61,971 nt of DNA. It comes from a virus. Lineage: Duplodnaviria; Caudoviricetes. Positions 52,699 to 61,944 of this stretch are shown here, one piece after another. Location: IMG/VR virus record IMGVR_UViG_3300000530_000004, positions 1 to 61,971 of that record; one strand, 5' to 3'. Numbering within the stretch: position 1 is the stretch's first letter; each line of letters starts with the position of its first letter. The notes beneath the pieces are model-generated. The model made no database searches and had not been told where the DNA came from. It saw nothing but the letters and a program-made list of their open reading frames with translations. Position numbers and translations under genes: made by a program.

Positions 52699-53628
52699 AT
52701 GAGCCAGCAAGTTATTTATAAAATAACCAATTTAATTAATGGTAAATTCTATGTAGGCAGTACAAATAACCAAAAAGTGCGTTTTCGTGAACATAGAAAG
52801 CAGCTTCGTGGTAATCGCCATCATTGTAAACACCTTCAAGCTGCATGGAATAAATATGGGGAAACTGCATTTACTTTTAATGTTATACAAATCGTACCTG
52901 CGGAAGAATCTTTAGAAGCCGCTGAAGACAAATGGCTTAATGAGCATGTAGGTAAAAAGTATTGCTACAACTCCGGAATGCGGTCAAAAGCTCCGTGGCG
53001 TGGCATTCCAAAAGAACAGCACCCATCTTTTGGTAGACCTAAAACTGAAGAACAACGTCAAGCTATTTCTCAATCTTTAAAAGAGTTTTACGCTAAAGAT
53101 ATTACTAATCACCCACGTTACGGCAAAACTCATTCAGACGAAACTAAAAATAAAATAAGTACGGCTAAGCGTGCTAATCCTGTTGCTCCGTGGATTGGTA
53201 CAGAACGCTCAGAAGAAACTCGTAAAAAGATTGGGGATGCTCAACGAGGTAAGTCTAAAGCTAAAGGACGAGTTGTTTCTGCTGAAGGTAAAGCTAAAAT
53301 TTTAGCCGCTGCTAAAGCCGGGCATTATTCACATTGGAAAGGTAGAAAACATACAGAAGAGGCTAAAGTTAAAATGTCTAAAACCGTATTTGCTATGCCA
53401 GATGGTATTTTATTTATAAGTTTAACCCAAACATTACAGTTCTATGGATTAAAAATGCCTACTTTACGCAGGGCATTAAACTCAGGAACTCCTATAAAAA
53501 AAGGGCCTTTTAAAGGGTATTCATTTACTTATGGTGGGGTTGGTGCAACACAAACTTTGACAGATAAACAAGTGATTGAAAGTAAACTAAAAAACAAGAC
53601 AAATCTTGTTGACCAACCTAACTCTTAA
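52699..53628 (+). CDS. Free-standing GIY-YIG homing endonuclease with NUMOD3-like repeats
   Basis: VIYKITNLINGKFYVGST...RFREH...HLQAAWNKYG; GKTHSDETK and GRKHTEEAKVKMS repeats; RBS GGAG. Confidence 0.92.
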   Translation: MSQQVIYKITNLINGKFYVGSTNNQKVRFREHRKQLRGNRHHCKHLQAAWNKYGETAFTFNVIQIVPAEESLEAAEDKWLNEHVGKKYCYNSGMRSKAPWRGIPKEQHPSFGRPKTEEQRQAISQSLKEFYAKDITNHPRYGKTHSDETKNKISTAKRANPVAPWIGTERSEETRKKIGDAQRGKSKAKGRVVSAEGKAKILAAAKAGHYSHWKGRKHTEEAKVKMSKTVFAMPDGILFISLTQTLQFYGLKMPTLRRALNSGTPIKKGPFKGYSFTYGGVGATQTLTDKQVIESKLKNKTNLVDQPNS

Positions 53629-53637
53629 TGCTATAAG
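53609..53637 (+). promoter_or_regulatory. Sigma70-like promoter
   Basis: TTGACC-17-TATAAG with TGn extended -10. Confidence 0.55.
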
Positions 53638-53645
53638 GTACTTAA

Positions 53646-53720
53646 CACTGGAAAAAATTGTTAGTCAGACTGGTCCAGCAGATGCGTACACAATTGACTA
53701 ACTTAACTTTGTACGAAGGA
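53646..53720 (+). ncRNA. Candidate pseudoknotted leader RNA
   Basis: Interleaved helices CTGGA/TCCAG, GTTAGTCA/TGACTAAC and CGTACA/TGTACG, ending at the SD AAGGA. Confidence 0.5.
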
Positions 53721-53727
53721 AAATATC

Positions 53728-54213
53728 ATGGCTAGATCTACTACAGTTTCTGTATGGCGCTCCAACGGTGGAGACCAAACACGCACGTCAACCGCAGGCT
53801 CAATGATGATGTCTGCATCATTCTATATTTCTGCAACTGCTACTGCTGGAACCAATGTTTATTCTGATTCCACAATGAAGTACCCTGTGATTCTTCCAGT
53901 CGGTGCGATTGTTACTTCTGTTCTAGTTGCCGGTGCTGCAACTGGCGGTACATCTCCTACCTTTGATTTAGGTACTAAAGGTTATGTATCTGGTACAGCT
54001 AATACAACCGGTTTAGTTAACGGCGCTCCTGCATCAAGCAATAGCGCTGTATTATTCGGCGCAACCGATGCTGGTACAGAACTAGGTTTTCCTGTATCTA
54101 CCACTGAGTTAGTTTATGTGACCGGCGGTGCAGGTGCTTCTGCCCCTACAGGTGGTACTGTGTCAGGACTAATCGTTTATACCGTTGCAGATAACGGCGC
54201 AGAATCTAACTAA
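53728..54213 (+). CDS. Virion structural protein (capsid-decoration-like)
   Basis: ILPVGAIVTSV..ATGGTSPTFDLG beta-rich pattern; follows the capsid gene. Confidence 0.6.
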   Translation: MARSTTVSVWRSNGGDQTRTSTAGSMMMSASFYISATATAGTNVYSDSTMKYPVILPVGAIVTSVLVAGAATGGTSPTFDLGTKGYVSGTANTTGLVNGAPASSNSAVLFGATDAGTELGFPVSTTELVYVTGGAGASAPTGGTVSGLIVYTVADNGAESN

Positions 54214-54217
54214 TAAC

Positions 54218-54236
54218 AGGGGGATTTAGTCCCCCT
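54218..54236 (+). terminator. Hairpin / weak terminator
   Basis: AGGGGGA-TTTAG-TCCCCCT with a poor U-tract. Confidence 0.4.
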
Positions 54237-54253
54237 AATTCTGGAGATTAGTC

Positions 54254-54526
54254 ATGCAAACAGATGTCAGTTCAGCCTCGTTAGCAGCTAGTGCTCAAGT
54301 AACTGTTAATCGTACCCGCGTTAAAGGAATTGTTATTATTCCCGGATCCACAGCAGGTTCAGTTACGCTTCTTGATGGCACTTCGACAGGCGTTTCAAAA
54401 ATTAATATAGCAACTCCCGCTAATGGGCAAGGTTATACCGTAGATATACCCGGGGAAGGTGTGGTATTTACTAATGGTGTATATGCTTTATTAAGCAACG
54501 CTAGTATTGTGGTGTTCTATGGCTAA
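54254..54526 (+). CDS. Small virion protein
   Basis: MQTDV...IPGEGVVF...VFYG; RBS GGAG. Confidence 0.65.
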   Translation: MQTDVSSASLAASAQVTVNRTRVKGIVIIPGSTAGSVTLLDGTSTGVSKINIATPANGQGYTVDIPGEGVVFTNGVYALLSNASIVVFYG

Positions 54527-54791
54527 GAAGGCACCCAGTTTATCCGTAGGTAAAGGTGAGAAGTTACCTGTATCTAAGGGTGCTGGGCTTACCGCCAAAG
54601 GACGAGCAGCTTATAACAGGGCGACAGGTAGTAACTTAAAAGCTCCTGCGCCTAATCCTAAAACTAAAAAAGACGCAGCTAGACGTAAGTCTTTCTGTGC
54701 CAGAATGTCTGGCATGCCGGGACCAATGAAAGATTCAAAAGGTCGACCAACTCGTAAAGCTGCAAGCTTAAAGAGGTGGAATTGTAAATGA
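54519..54791 (+). CDS. DUF6321-like basic protein
   Basis: GLTAKGR...NLKAP...RRKSFCARM...SLKRWNC. Confidence 0.7.
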   Translation: MAKKAPSLSVGKGEKLPVSKGAGLTAKGRAAYNRATGSNLKAPAPNPKTKKDAARRKSFCARMSGMPGPMKDSKGRPTRKAASLKRWNCK

Positions 54792-55045
54792 ACGAATATC
54801 AAGCTTTAATTAACGCGGGTTTAACTATTGTTATTACAGGGCTTGGTTGGTTTTTAAAAGCTCTTTGGGATGCAGTTAAAGACTTACAAAAGAGTGATAA
54901 AGACTTAGTTGATAAAGTGTCGCACATTGAGGTTATAGTTGCGGGGCAATATGTTAGGGGCGATAAATTTGATGCTGTTGTGAACCGTATTTTTGATAAG
55001 CTGGATAAAATTGAGCTTAAGATTGATAACAAGGTAGATAAATAA
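54788..55045 (+). CDS. Single-TM coiled-coil membrane protein
   Basis: N-terminal hydrophobic helix followed by a coiled coil ending KVDK. Confidence 0.65.
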   Translation: MNEYQALINAGLTIVITGLGWFLKALWDAVKDLQKSDKDLVDKVSHIEVIVAGQYVRGDKFDAVVNRIFDKLDKIELKIDNKVDK

Positions 55046-55500
55046 TGCCAAGTAAATCAGCTAAACAACATCGTTTTATGCTTGCAATTGCACATAGCCC
55101 TGCGTTTGCTAAGAAAGCTGGTGTAGCTCAATCGGTCGGCAAAGACTTTGAAAAAGCAGATAAGGCTAAAAAGTTTGGTATGGGTGGTTCTCCTAAGATC
55201 ACTCGTGGTGGTAAGGGTATGATTAACAAACAAGAAACTAAAGAAGGTAGTTTGTTAGGGTATCAAAAGAATGTTCCTGATATTAATCTTAATAAATACT
55301 CGGGGATGAAGAAGGGTGGTTTAACTAAATCAAAGGAAACTAATATGAAAAAAACTGTTAAGAAAATGGCTGCTGGTGGCGTAGCTTCTAGTGGTAAAAA
55401 AGCATTTGGTGAACATTCTGTTCAGAAAAAAGGCCATACCAAAGGTAAAGAGGTTGTAATGGCTGGCGGTAAAGGTATGAAGAAAGGCGGGAAGTGTTAA
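55045..55500 (+). CDS. Lys-rich virion protein with KKGG motifs
   Basis: MPSKSAKQHRFM; MKKGG occurs twice. Confidence 0.65.
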   Translation: MPSKSAKQHRFMLAIAHSPAFAKKAGVAQSVGKDFEKADKAKKFGMGGSPKITRGGKGMINKQETKEGSLLGYQKNVPDINLNKYSGMKKGGLTKSKETNMKKTVKKMAAGGVASSGKKAFGEHSVQKKGHTKGKEVVMAGGKGMKKGGKC

Positions 55501-55502
55501 TC

Positions 55503-55829
55503 ATGGCTAAAGCTATGACACAAGATGATGTTAAAGATCCTGATGCGTTAGTTGCTAATCAAGAACGCGCTGATAACGCAGAATTAAAAGCGATTCCCGG
55601 TAAAGCCGTTGATGCTGTGCGACAACTTATTATGGAGTCTGACGCTAAAAACTCCGCTGCTGCTGCTAGCATGAAAGCACAAGATCAGCAAAATCCTGAT
55701 ACCTTCCAAGCCAAGGTTAATCGTTTTACTAACTATGGTGGCTATAAAAAAGGTGGTAAGGTTTCTGGCGCATCTAAACGTGCTGATGGTATTGCTATTC
55801 GCGGCAAAACTAAAGGACAGATGAGATGA
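55503..55829 (+). CDS. Small virion protein with KKGG motif
   Basis: YKKGGKV...RADGIAIRGKTKG. Confidence 0.65.
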   Translation: MAKAMTQDDVKDPDALVANQERADNAELKAIPGKAVDAVRQLIMESDAKNSAAAASMKAQDQQNPDTFQAKVNRFTNYGGYKKGGKVSGASKRADGIAIRGKTKGQMR

Positions 55830-56125
55830 GAGCTAGTCGTGGCATGGGTGATATTAGTCCTTCTAAGATGCCGTCTAAAAAGACGATTGTTAGAAAGGAT
55901 AACCCTAACGATGTTGAGGTTTATAAAAAGGGTGGTAAAGTGGCTAAAAAGAATTGGATCGCAGGAGCAGTTGGTAAGCCCGGTGCTTTACGTAAACAGT
56001 TAGGAGTTAAAGGTGACAAACCTATCCCTGCTGGAAAACTAGCTAAAGCAGCTAAGTCTTCAGGTACCTTGGGTAAACGTGCTCGTTTGGCTGAAACTTT
56101 AAAAGGTCTTCGTAAGAAGAAATAA
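55826..56125 (+). CDS. Lys-rich protein with KKGG motif
   Basis: MRASRGMG; YKKGGKV; KPGALRKQLG...RARLAETL. Confidence 0.65.
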   Translation: MRASRGMGDISPSKMPSKKTIVRKDNPNDVEVYKKGGKVAKKNWIAGAVGKPGALRKQLGVKGDKPIPAGKLAKAAKSSGTLGKRARLAETLKGLRKKK

Positions 56126-56128
56126 TCT

Positions 56129-57076
56129 ATGGCTACTAACGGAACGACAGGAACAAACGCATTTAACCTTGACATGAATGAGCTTGTTGAGGAGGCGTTC
56201 GAGCGTTGTGGTAAACAATTACGCTCTGGTTATGACTTCCGTACAGCTAGACGCTCTGTTAACTTGTTGACTATTGAATGGGCTAATAAAGGACTTAATT
56301 TATGGACTGTTCAACAAGGTCAAATCGTTATGAATACTGGGCAAGCAATTTATCCATTGCCTTTAGATACGATTGATATTTTAGATTCTGTTACTCGTAC
56401 TTATAACGGCATGCAGACTAACCAACAAGATATTAACATAACCCGCATATCAGAATCTGTTTACGCTACGATACCTAATAAAAACGCGTTAGGACGTCCT
56501 GTACAAGTCTTTGTTGATAGACAGTCAGGTAATGTTGCCACAATACCTCAAGCAACTGTAGTAGGTAATGTTGCTGCTACAGATACAACGATTACATTAA
56601 GTGATGCATCTCAGCTTCCTATTGGTGGTTTTGTAAATATAGATAATGAAACAATTGGTTATCAGAATATTGTAGGTAATCAGATTATTAACGCATGGCG
56701 TGGACAAAACGGTACTACTGCAGCTAGTCATGCATCTGGTGCGAGTGTTTACTTAAATCGTTTACCTGCTATTTATGTATGGCCTACACCGAATGCACCG
56801 GGCAATCAATATACCTTTGTTTATTATCGTATGCGTCGTATGCAGGATGCTGGTAACGGTACTAATATTCAGGATATCCCATTTAGATTTGTACCTGCTT
56901 TAGTTGCAGGGCTTGCATATCAGTTAAGTATGAAACTAGAAGGTGTAGACCCACAGCGTATTATTGGGTTAAAAGCTGTTTATGATGAGGTATGGCAAGA
57001 AGCTGCAGCAGAAGACCATGAGAAAGCAGCACTTCGTATCGTGCCTCGTAACTTGTTTTATGGTAACTACAATTAA
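56129..57076 (+). CDS. Head-tail connector / adaptor protein
   Basis: EEAFERCG..SGYDFRTARRS..WAN.GLNLWT, YVWPTP and PFRFVPALVAGLAY. Confidence 0.7.
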   Translation: MATNGTTGTNAFNLDMNELVEEAFERCGKQLRSGYDFRTARRSVNLLTIEWANKGLNLWTVQQGQIVMNTGQAIYPLPLDTIDILDSVTRTYNGMQTNQQDINITRISESVYATIPNKNALGRPVQVFVDRQSGNVATIPQATVVGNVAATDTTITLSDASQLPIGGFVNIDNETIGYQNIVGNQIINAWRGQNGTTAASHASGASVYLNRLPAIYVWPTPNAPGNQYTFVYYRMRRMQDAGNGTNIQDIPFRFVPALVAGLAYQLSMKLEGVDPQRIIGLKAVYDEVWQEAAAEDHEKAALRIVPRNLFYGNYN

Positions 57077-57078
57077 TT

Positions 57079-57513
57079 ATGTCTGATAAATACGCAACAG
57101 GCCGGTTTGCTATTGCCGAATGTGATCGGTGCGGTCAGCGTTACAAATTAAAAGAGTTACGTACACAAGTATTAAAGACAAAACCATTTAAAGTTAAAGT
57201 CTGTAGAACATGTTATGACCCAGACCATCCACAGTTACAAATCGGTATGTATCCGGTTTATGATGCGATGGCAATTTACGATGCAAGACCTGATGTGAGT
57301 TATCAAGTATCAGGTACTAATGGAGTAAGAACAAACCCATTAGGTACAGACGTATATAGTGAAAGTGAATTTGGGTACCCTGAATCAGGCAGTAGGGTAT
57401 TTCAATGGGGGTGGAACCCAGTAGGTGGTGCGATATTTTATAATCGTGCTACAACACCTAACAGCTTACTGCCGGTTGTTACAATTGGTACAGTTACTGT
57501 AATTACAACATAG
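57079..57513 (+). CDS. Zinc-binding virion-module protein
   Basis: CDRCG...CRTCYDPDHPQ. Confidence 0.65.
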   Translation: MSDKYATGRFAIAECDRCGQRYKLKELRTQVLKTKPFKVKVCRTCYDPDHPQLQIGMYPVYDAMAIYDARPDVSYQVSGTNGVRTNPLGTDVYSESEFGYPESGSRVFQWGWNPVGGAIFYNRATTPNSLLPVVTIGTVTVITT

Positions 57514-57523
57514 GAGTTTTGCC

Positions 57524-57730
57524 ATGGCTAAAATGAAACATGATGATGAAGCACAAGATAAAAAACTTATCGCTAAGATGATTAAAGATTCTGAAAAGAA
57601 AGAAGAAAAAGGTATGAAAAAAGGCGGTAAGACTAAGGTTAAAGCGATGAAAAAAGGTGGGCCAACAGGTCAAGATATGCGTACAATGGGACGTAATATG
57701 GCTCGCGCAAAAAATCAAAAAGGTGGCTAA
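57524..57730 (+). CDS. Small Lys-rich protein with KKGG motifs
   Basis: MKKGG twice; RBS AGGAG. Confidence 0.65.
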   Translation: MAKMKHDDEAQDKKLIAKMIKDSEKKEEKGMKKGGKTKVKAMKKGGPTGQDMRTMGRNMARAKNQKGG

Positions 57731-57731
57731 T

Positions 57732-58067
57732 ATGGCTAAAAATGATTTTCCTCCAGTAGAAACCAAAGACGCATTTGGCGTTCATGGTAAAGCTGCAAAT
57801 AATAAACCTGCAAGTGCCTATACCGGTTTTGAATACCCAGCGGGTGGTGGTAATGATATTGGCGTTTATAAAAACCCAATGACTAATCCTCACGCTGCAG
57901 CTCCTGATGTTATTGCGATGTCAGGTAACGCTATAAACGAATTAAATGTATCAGTTGGTGGAGTACGTAAAGGCAACATTAAGCCTGTTAACCGATATGG
58001 TGTTGGCGAGATGCGCGGTTATGGTGCTGCAAATAAGGGTAAGAAAACTAGTGGTAAGATGGGTTAA
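57732..58067 (+). CDS. Small virion protein
   Basis: Likely start MAKNDF; C-terminal MRGYGAANKG. Confidence 0.6.
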   Translation: MAKNDFPPVETKDAFGVHGKAANNKPASAYTGFEYPAGGGNDIGVYKNPMTNPHAAAPDVIAMSGNAINELNVSVGGVRKGNIKPVNRYGVGEMRGYGAANKGKKTSGKMG

Positions 58068-58070
58068 TAG

Positions 58071-58979
58071 ATGAATTACGAACAGCTTTACAACACAATA
58101 CAGGCATATTCAGAAACTACAGAACCTATATTTGTAGCGAACATTCCTGTCTTTGTGCAAGAAGCTGAAGATCGGATTTATAACTCTGTTCAGTTAACAC
58201 CACTAAGAAAAAATGTAACCGGTAATGTAAGTACAGGAGTTCCTTATTTATCATTACCTAATGACTTTTTGTCTACATTTTCTCTCGCAACAATTGATAG
58301 CACCGGTAACTATCATTACCTACTTAATAAAGACGTTAATTTTTTACGTGAAGCTTATCCTAACCCAACGCAAATAGGTATACCCTATTGCTATGCTATT
58401 TTTGGGTCACAACTTAATAATATTAATGAGTTATCTCTTATCGTAGCCCCTACTCCTGACCAAAATTATAACGTAGAGCTACATTATTTTTATTACCCAC
58501 CAACCATTGTTCAAGGCCAGATTACAACTATTTCTATTACCAATGCTGGATCAGGTTATACCAATGGGGTGTATCAAAATGTACCATTAACTGGAGGTTC
58601 CGGTTCCGGTGCATATGCAGATATTCTTGTTGTTGGTACTGTAGTAACGGTTATTGATATTCGTTTTGGTGGTAATTTCTATGTAGTTGGAGATCAGTTA
58701 AGTGCTACTTTAGGTAATACAGGTATTGGGGTAATTTTTACTGTTAGTACAGTATCTAATGCTACAGGTACTAGCTGGCTCGGGGATAACTACGATCCTG
58801 TTTTACTTTATGGCGCAATGCGAGAAGCTATGCTATTCCAAAAAGGTGAAGCAGACTTAGTACAATATTACGAACAAAAATACCAAGAAGCATTACAACA
58901 GCTTAACCGTCTTGGTACAGGGCTTGAAAGAGGTGATGCCTACAGAGATCATCAAGCCAAGATCGGAGTTAATCCGTAA
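58071..58979 (+). CDS. Head-tail adaptor / tail tubular protein
   Basis: MNYEQL..IQAY, AEDRIYN, APTPD, WLGDN..LLYGA; contains an inserted beta-rich segment. Confidence 0.65.
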   Translation: MNYEQLYNTIQAYSETTEPIFVANIPVFVQEAEDRIYNSVQLTPLRKNVTGNVSTGVPYLSLPNDFLSTFSLATIDSTGNYHYLLNKDVNFLREAYPNPTQIGIPYCYAIFGSQLNNINELSLIVAPTPDQNYNVELHYFYYPPTIVQGQITTISITNAGSGYTNGVYQNVPLTGGSGSGAYADILVVGTVVTVIDIRFGGNFYVVGDQLSATLGNTGIGVIFTVSTVSNATGTSWLGDNYDPVLLYGAMREAMLFQKGEADLVQYYEQKYQEALQQLNRLGTGLERGDAYRDHQAKIGVNP

Positions 58980-59437
58980 TGCCTATAATTCAAACAGCTA
59001 CTACTACATTTATGCAGAATTTACTGAATGGAAATGAAAACTTTTCCACCGGTACTTATTACATCGCTTTATATACTGGTAACGCTAATCTTGATAATAA
59101 TACTCAGCAATACACCACAGTAGATGAAGTAGTGGGAACCGGGTATACCGCAGGTGGGCAGCAATTACAAGTTACAGTTCCGCCCACGATAGATAGTTTA
59201 TACAACACAGTTTATATTTCTTTCGCTAATGCAGTATGGAATCCAGCAGCGTTTACAGCTCGTGGGGCCTTGGTATACAACTATATTACAAAAGCAGCGT
59301 GTTTTATTTTAAACTTTGGTAATGATAAAACTTGTACCAATACGTTTACAGTGCAGTTCCCAGCGGCAACTAGTACGTCCGCTATTTTATCCGTAGGTAG
59401 CTATACCGACGCTTATATTATTAGTTCAGGAGATTAA
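58979..59437 (+). CDS. Tail structural protein
   Basis: IALYT...EVVGTGYTAGG...FTARGALVYN. Confidence 0.65.
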   Translation: MPIIQTATTTFMQNLLNGNENFSTGTYYIALYTGNANLDNNTQQYTTVDEVVGTGYTAGGQQLQVTVPPTIDSLYNTVYISFANAVWNPAAFTARGALVYNYITKAACFILNFGNDKTCTNTFTVQFPAATSTSAILSVGSYTDAYIISSGD

Positions 59438-59438
59438 C

Positions 59439-60017
59439 ATGTTTAACGATAAATCTAAAATTGGCGATATAGTAGATGCTACTGTTACCCGAAATGGTGG
59501 TGCGGCTGAAATTGTTGGGCTAACTGGCGTATATGTTGCTGAGTGCTATGATAAAGAGGGTAATTTAAAATGGTCAGATACGATTGAAAACATAACCACT
59601 AATGTAGGACGTCAGTTATTACTAGACTCTTTCTTTGCAAATACAGGTGGCGGCGCAATCGTTATGGGCTTGATGGGAACAGGTACCCCTGCTTATACAG
59701 ATACTCAAGCTTCACACCCCGGATGGCTAGAAGTAGGTGGGCTTAATGCTCCTACTTATTCTGGTACTCGTAAGACCCCAACTTATTCTACTGCTACAAA
59801 CGCTAACCCATCAGTTCTTACTACAAGTACTCCAGTCATATTTAGCATGACAAGTTCTGGTACTGTCGCAGGAGCTTTTATTAATATTGGTGGATCATCA
59901 ACTATAGATAACACTACTGGTACATTATTTAGTGCTGGAGATTTTACTGCGGGATCTAAGATCGTATCATCTGGTGATACAATTAACGTAACATATACCT
60001 TGTCAGCTGCTGGCTAA
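59439..60017 (+). CDS. Tail structural protein
   Basis: LKWSDTIENITTNVG...GTLFSAGDF...GDTINVTY. Confidence 0.65.
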   Translation: MFNDKSKIGDIVDATVTRNGGAAEIVGLTGVYVAECYDKEGNLKWSDTIENITTNVGRQLLLDSFFANTGGGAIVMGLMGTGTPAYTDTQASHPGWLEVGGLNAPTYSGTRKTPTYSTATNANPSVLTTSTPVIFSMTSSGTVAGAFINIGGSSTIDNTTGTLFSAGDFTAGSKIVSSGDTINVTYTLSAAG

Positions 60018-60027
60018 GGAGACCTAA

Positions 60028-61233
60028 ATGGCCTTGGTTTATTACGATAGAGTCCAAGAGACTACTACAACTACGGGTACAGGACCAGTCACACTACTAG
60101 GCCCTGTTTTAGGTTTTCAGTCTTTTGCAGTGGTAGGAAATGGTAATCAAACTTATTATGCTATTGCTGACCAAGGCGGAGCTAATTGGGAAGTAGGTAT
60201 TGGTACTTATGCTAGTACTGGTCCAGCACTTTCTCGCGATACAGTTTTATCATCCTCAAATATGGGGTCATTGGTCAATTTTACTGCCGGAACTAAATCA
60301 GTATTTTTAACTTACCCATCTGAAAAAGCAGTTATATTAGATCAACTTGGTAACTCTACACCATTAGGTACCCCTGCATCTGTAACATTAACTAATGCTA
60401 CTGGACTTCCTTTAAGTACTGGCGTGACTGGAACCTTAGCTGTTTTAAATGGTGGTACGGGAACAACAACTTCTACAGGTTCTGGCTCAGTTGTTTTAAG
60501 CAACTCCCCTAGTCTTACTACTCCTAATTTAGGTACCCCATCTGCTGCGGTTTTAACCAATGCTACAGGACTGCCACTCACTACAGGCGTAACGGGCACT
60601 TTAGGAACGCCTAACGGTGGTACAGGGCTTACATCGTTTACTAGTGGCGGCGCTGTTTATGCTACATCTACTAGTGCGTTAACGACTGGTACTTTACCTA
60701 TTGCCTCGGGGGGTACAAACTCAACAAGTACTCCTACAGCTGGTGGTGTGGCTTATGGTACAGGAACAGCTTATAGTTTTTCTGCTACAGGTACAGCTGG
60801 TCAAGTATTAGTATCCGCGGGATCTACTGCTCCTACTTGGGATAATGTTTCAACCGTCGCAGTAACTTCATTTAGTGGTGGTACAACAGGACTTACACCA
60901 AGTACACCTTCTCTAGGTGCCGTAACTTTAAGCGGAACATTAAATGTAGCTAATGGTGGTACAGGACTTACTTCTGTTACTTCAAACGAAATTCCCTACG
61001 GTAATGGTACTGGGCCTTTACAAACTTCTGCCGATCTTACATTTAACCCTGCTTTAGGAACATTGTATGCAAGTCAGGTAGGGGCTAGTAATGGGTTGTT
61101 GATGAATCAAACCACGATCAATAAGAGCTATACGATTGATACAGGATATAACGCTATCTCGGTTGGACCCATAACTATTGCAAGCGGACAGACGGTTACT
61201 GTCGGGGCAGGACAAAGATGGGTTGTACTATAA
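60028..61233 (+). CDS. Tail fibre protein with GGTG repeats
   Basis: DRVQETTTTTGTG start; repeated LTNATGLPL / GTLxVxNGGTG units. Confidence 0.75.
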   Translation: MALVYYDRVQETTTTTGTGPVTLLGPVLGFQSFAVVGNGNQTYYAIADQGGANWEVGIGTYASTGPALSRDTVLSSSNMGSLVNFTAGTKSVFLTYPSEKAVILDQLGNSTPLGTPASVTLTNATGLPLSTGVTGTLAVLNGGTGTTTSTGSGSVVLSNSPSLTTPNLGTPSAAVLTNATGLPLTTGVTGTLGTPNGGTGLTSFTSGGAVYATSTSALTTGTLPIASGGTNSTSTPTAGGVAYGTGTAYSFSATGTAGQVLVSAGSTAPTWDNVSTVAVTSFSGGTTGLTPSTPSLGAVTLSGTLNVANGGTGLTSVTSNEIPYGNGTGPLQTSADLTFNPALGTLYASQVGASNGLLMNQTTINKSYTIDTGYNAISVGPITIASGQTVTVGAGQRWVVL

Positions 61234-61243
61234 AGGATAAAAT

Positions 61244-61762
61244 ATGAGCGTGACATTTAATGCAACTGTTTCCAATGGCCTTGTAATAACCCCAGATAAT
61301 TCAGGGCAGATACAATTTCAGCTTAATGGAGTTAATGTACCAAGCCCTAGTGTTGCTCCTACTTTTAGTGCTTATCAAGGGTCTACTCAAAGTTTGTCAG
61401 CTTCAACAGCTACAAAAATAATAATAAATACAAAAGAATGGGATACTAATAATAATTTTGATGCAGTTACTAACTATAGATTTACCCCAACTGTTGCTGG
61501 ATATTATCAATTTAGCTTTGCGATAAGAAGTGATAATACTTTAAGTGCATTACACGCTAAATTATATAAAAATGGAGTAGATACTAATAAAGATGCTCAA
61601 TTTACCAATAGTTCATTATCCGCTTTTATGTCATCATCCTCTGCATTATTATATTTAAATGGAACAACAGATTATGTTGAGTTATATGCGTTTTCTGGTT
61701 CAGCTATTACATTAAATCCAAGTTATTGTTATTTACAAGCCTTTCTAGCGAGACCTGCATAA
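61244..61762 (+). CDS. C1q-like tail fibre tip protein
   Basis: FSAY...WDTNNNFD..YRFTPTVAGYYQF...LNGTTDYVELY. Confidence 0.7.
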   Translation: MSVTFNATVSNGLVITPDNSGQIQFQLNGVNVPSPSVAPTFSAYQGSTQSLSASTATKIIINTKEWDTNNNFDAVTNYRFTPTVAGYYQFSFAIRSDNTLSALHAKLYKNGVDTNKDAQFTNSSLSAFMSSSSALLYLNGTTDYVELYAFSGSAITLNPSYCYLQAFLARPA

Positions 61763-61944
61763 TGACAACCCTATATCAAAAAATAATTACTATTTACCCT
61801 ACATTAACCCCTGCTGACTTTGCTCCTCCAACAGGAACAATAGTTTTACAGAATGATTCTGATGGTAAAGGGGATTATATTAAACACTGGGGGCACCCAA
61901 CACTTGCTGAACCAACTCCTGCACAGTTGGCAGCGATACCTTAA
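61762..61944 (+). CDS. XkdW-like small tail protein
   Basis: IVLQNDSDGKGDYIKHWGHPTLAEPT. Confidence 0.6.
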   Translation: MTTLYQKIITIYPTLTPADFAPPTGTIVLQNDSDGKGDYIKHWGHPTLAEPTPAQLAAIP

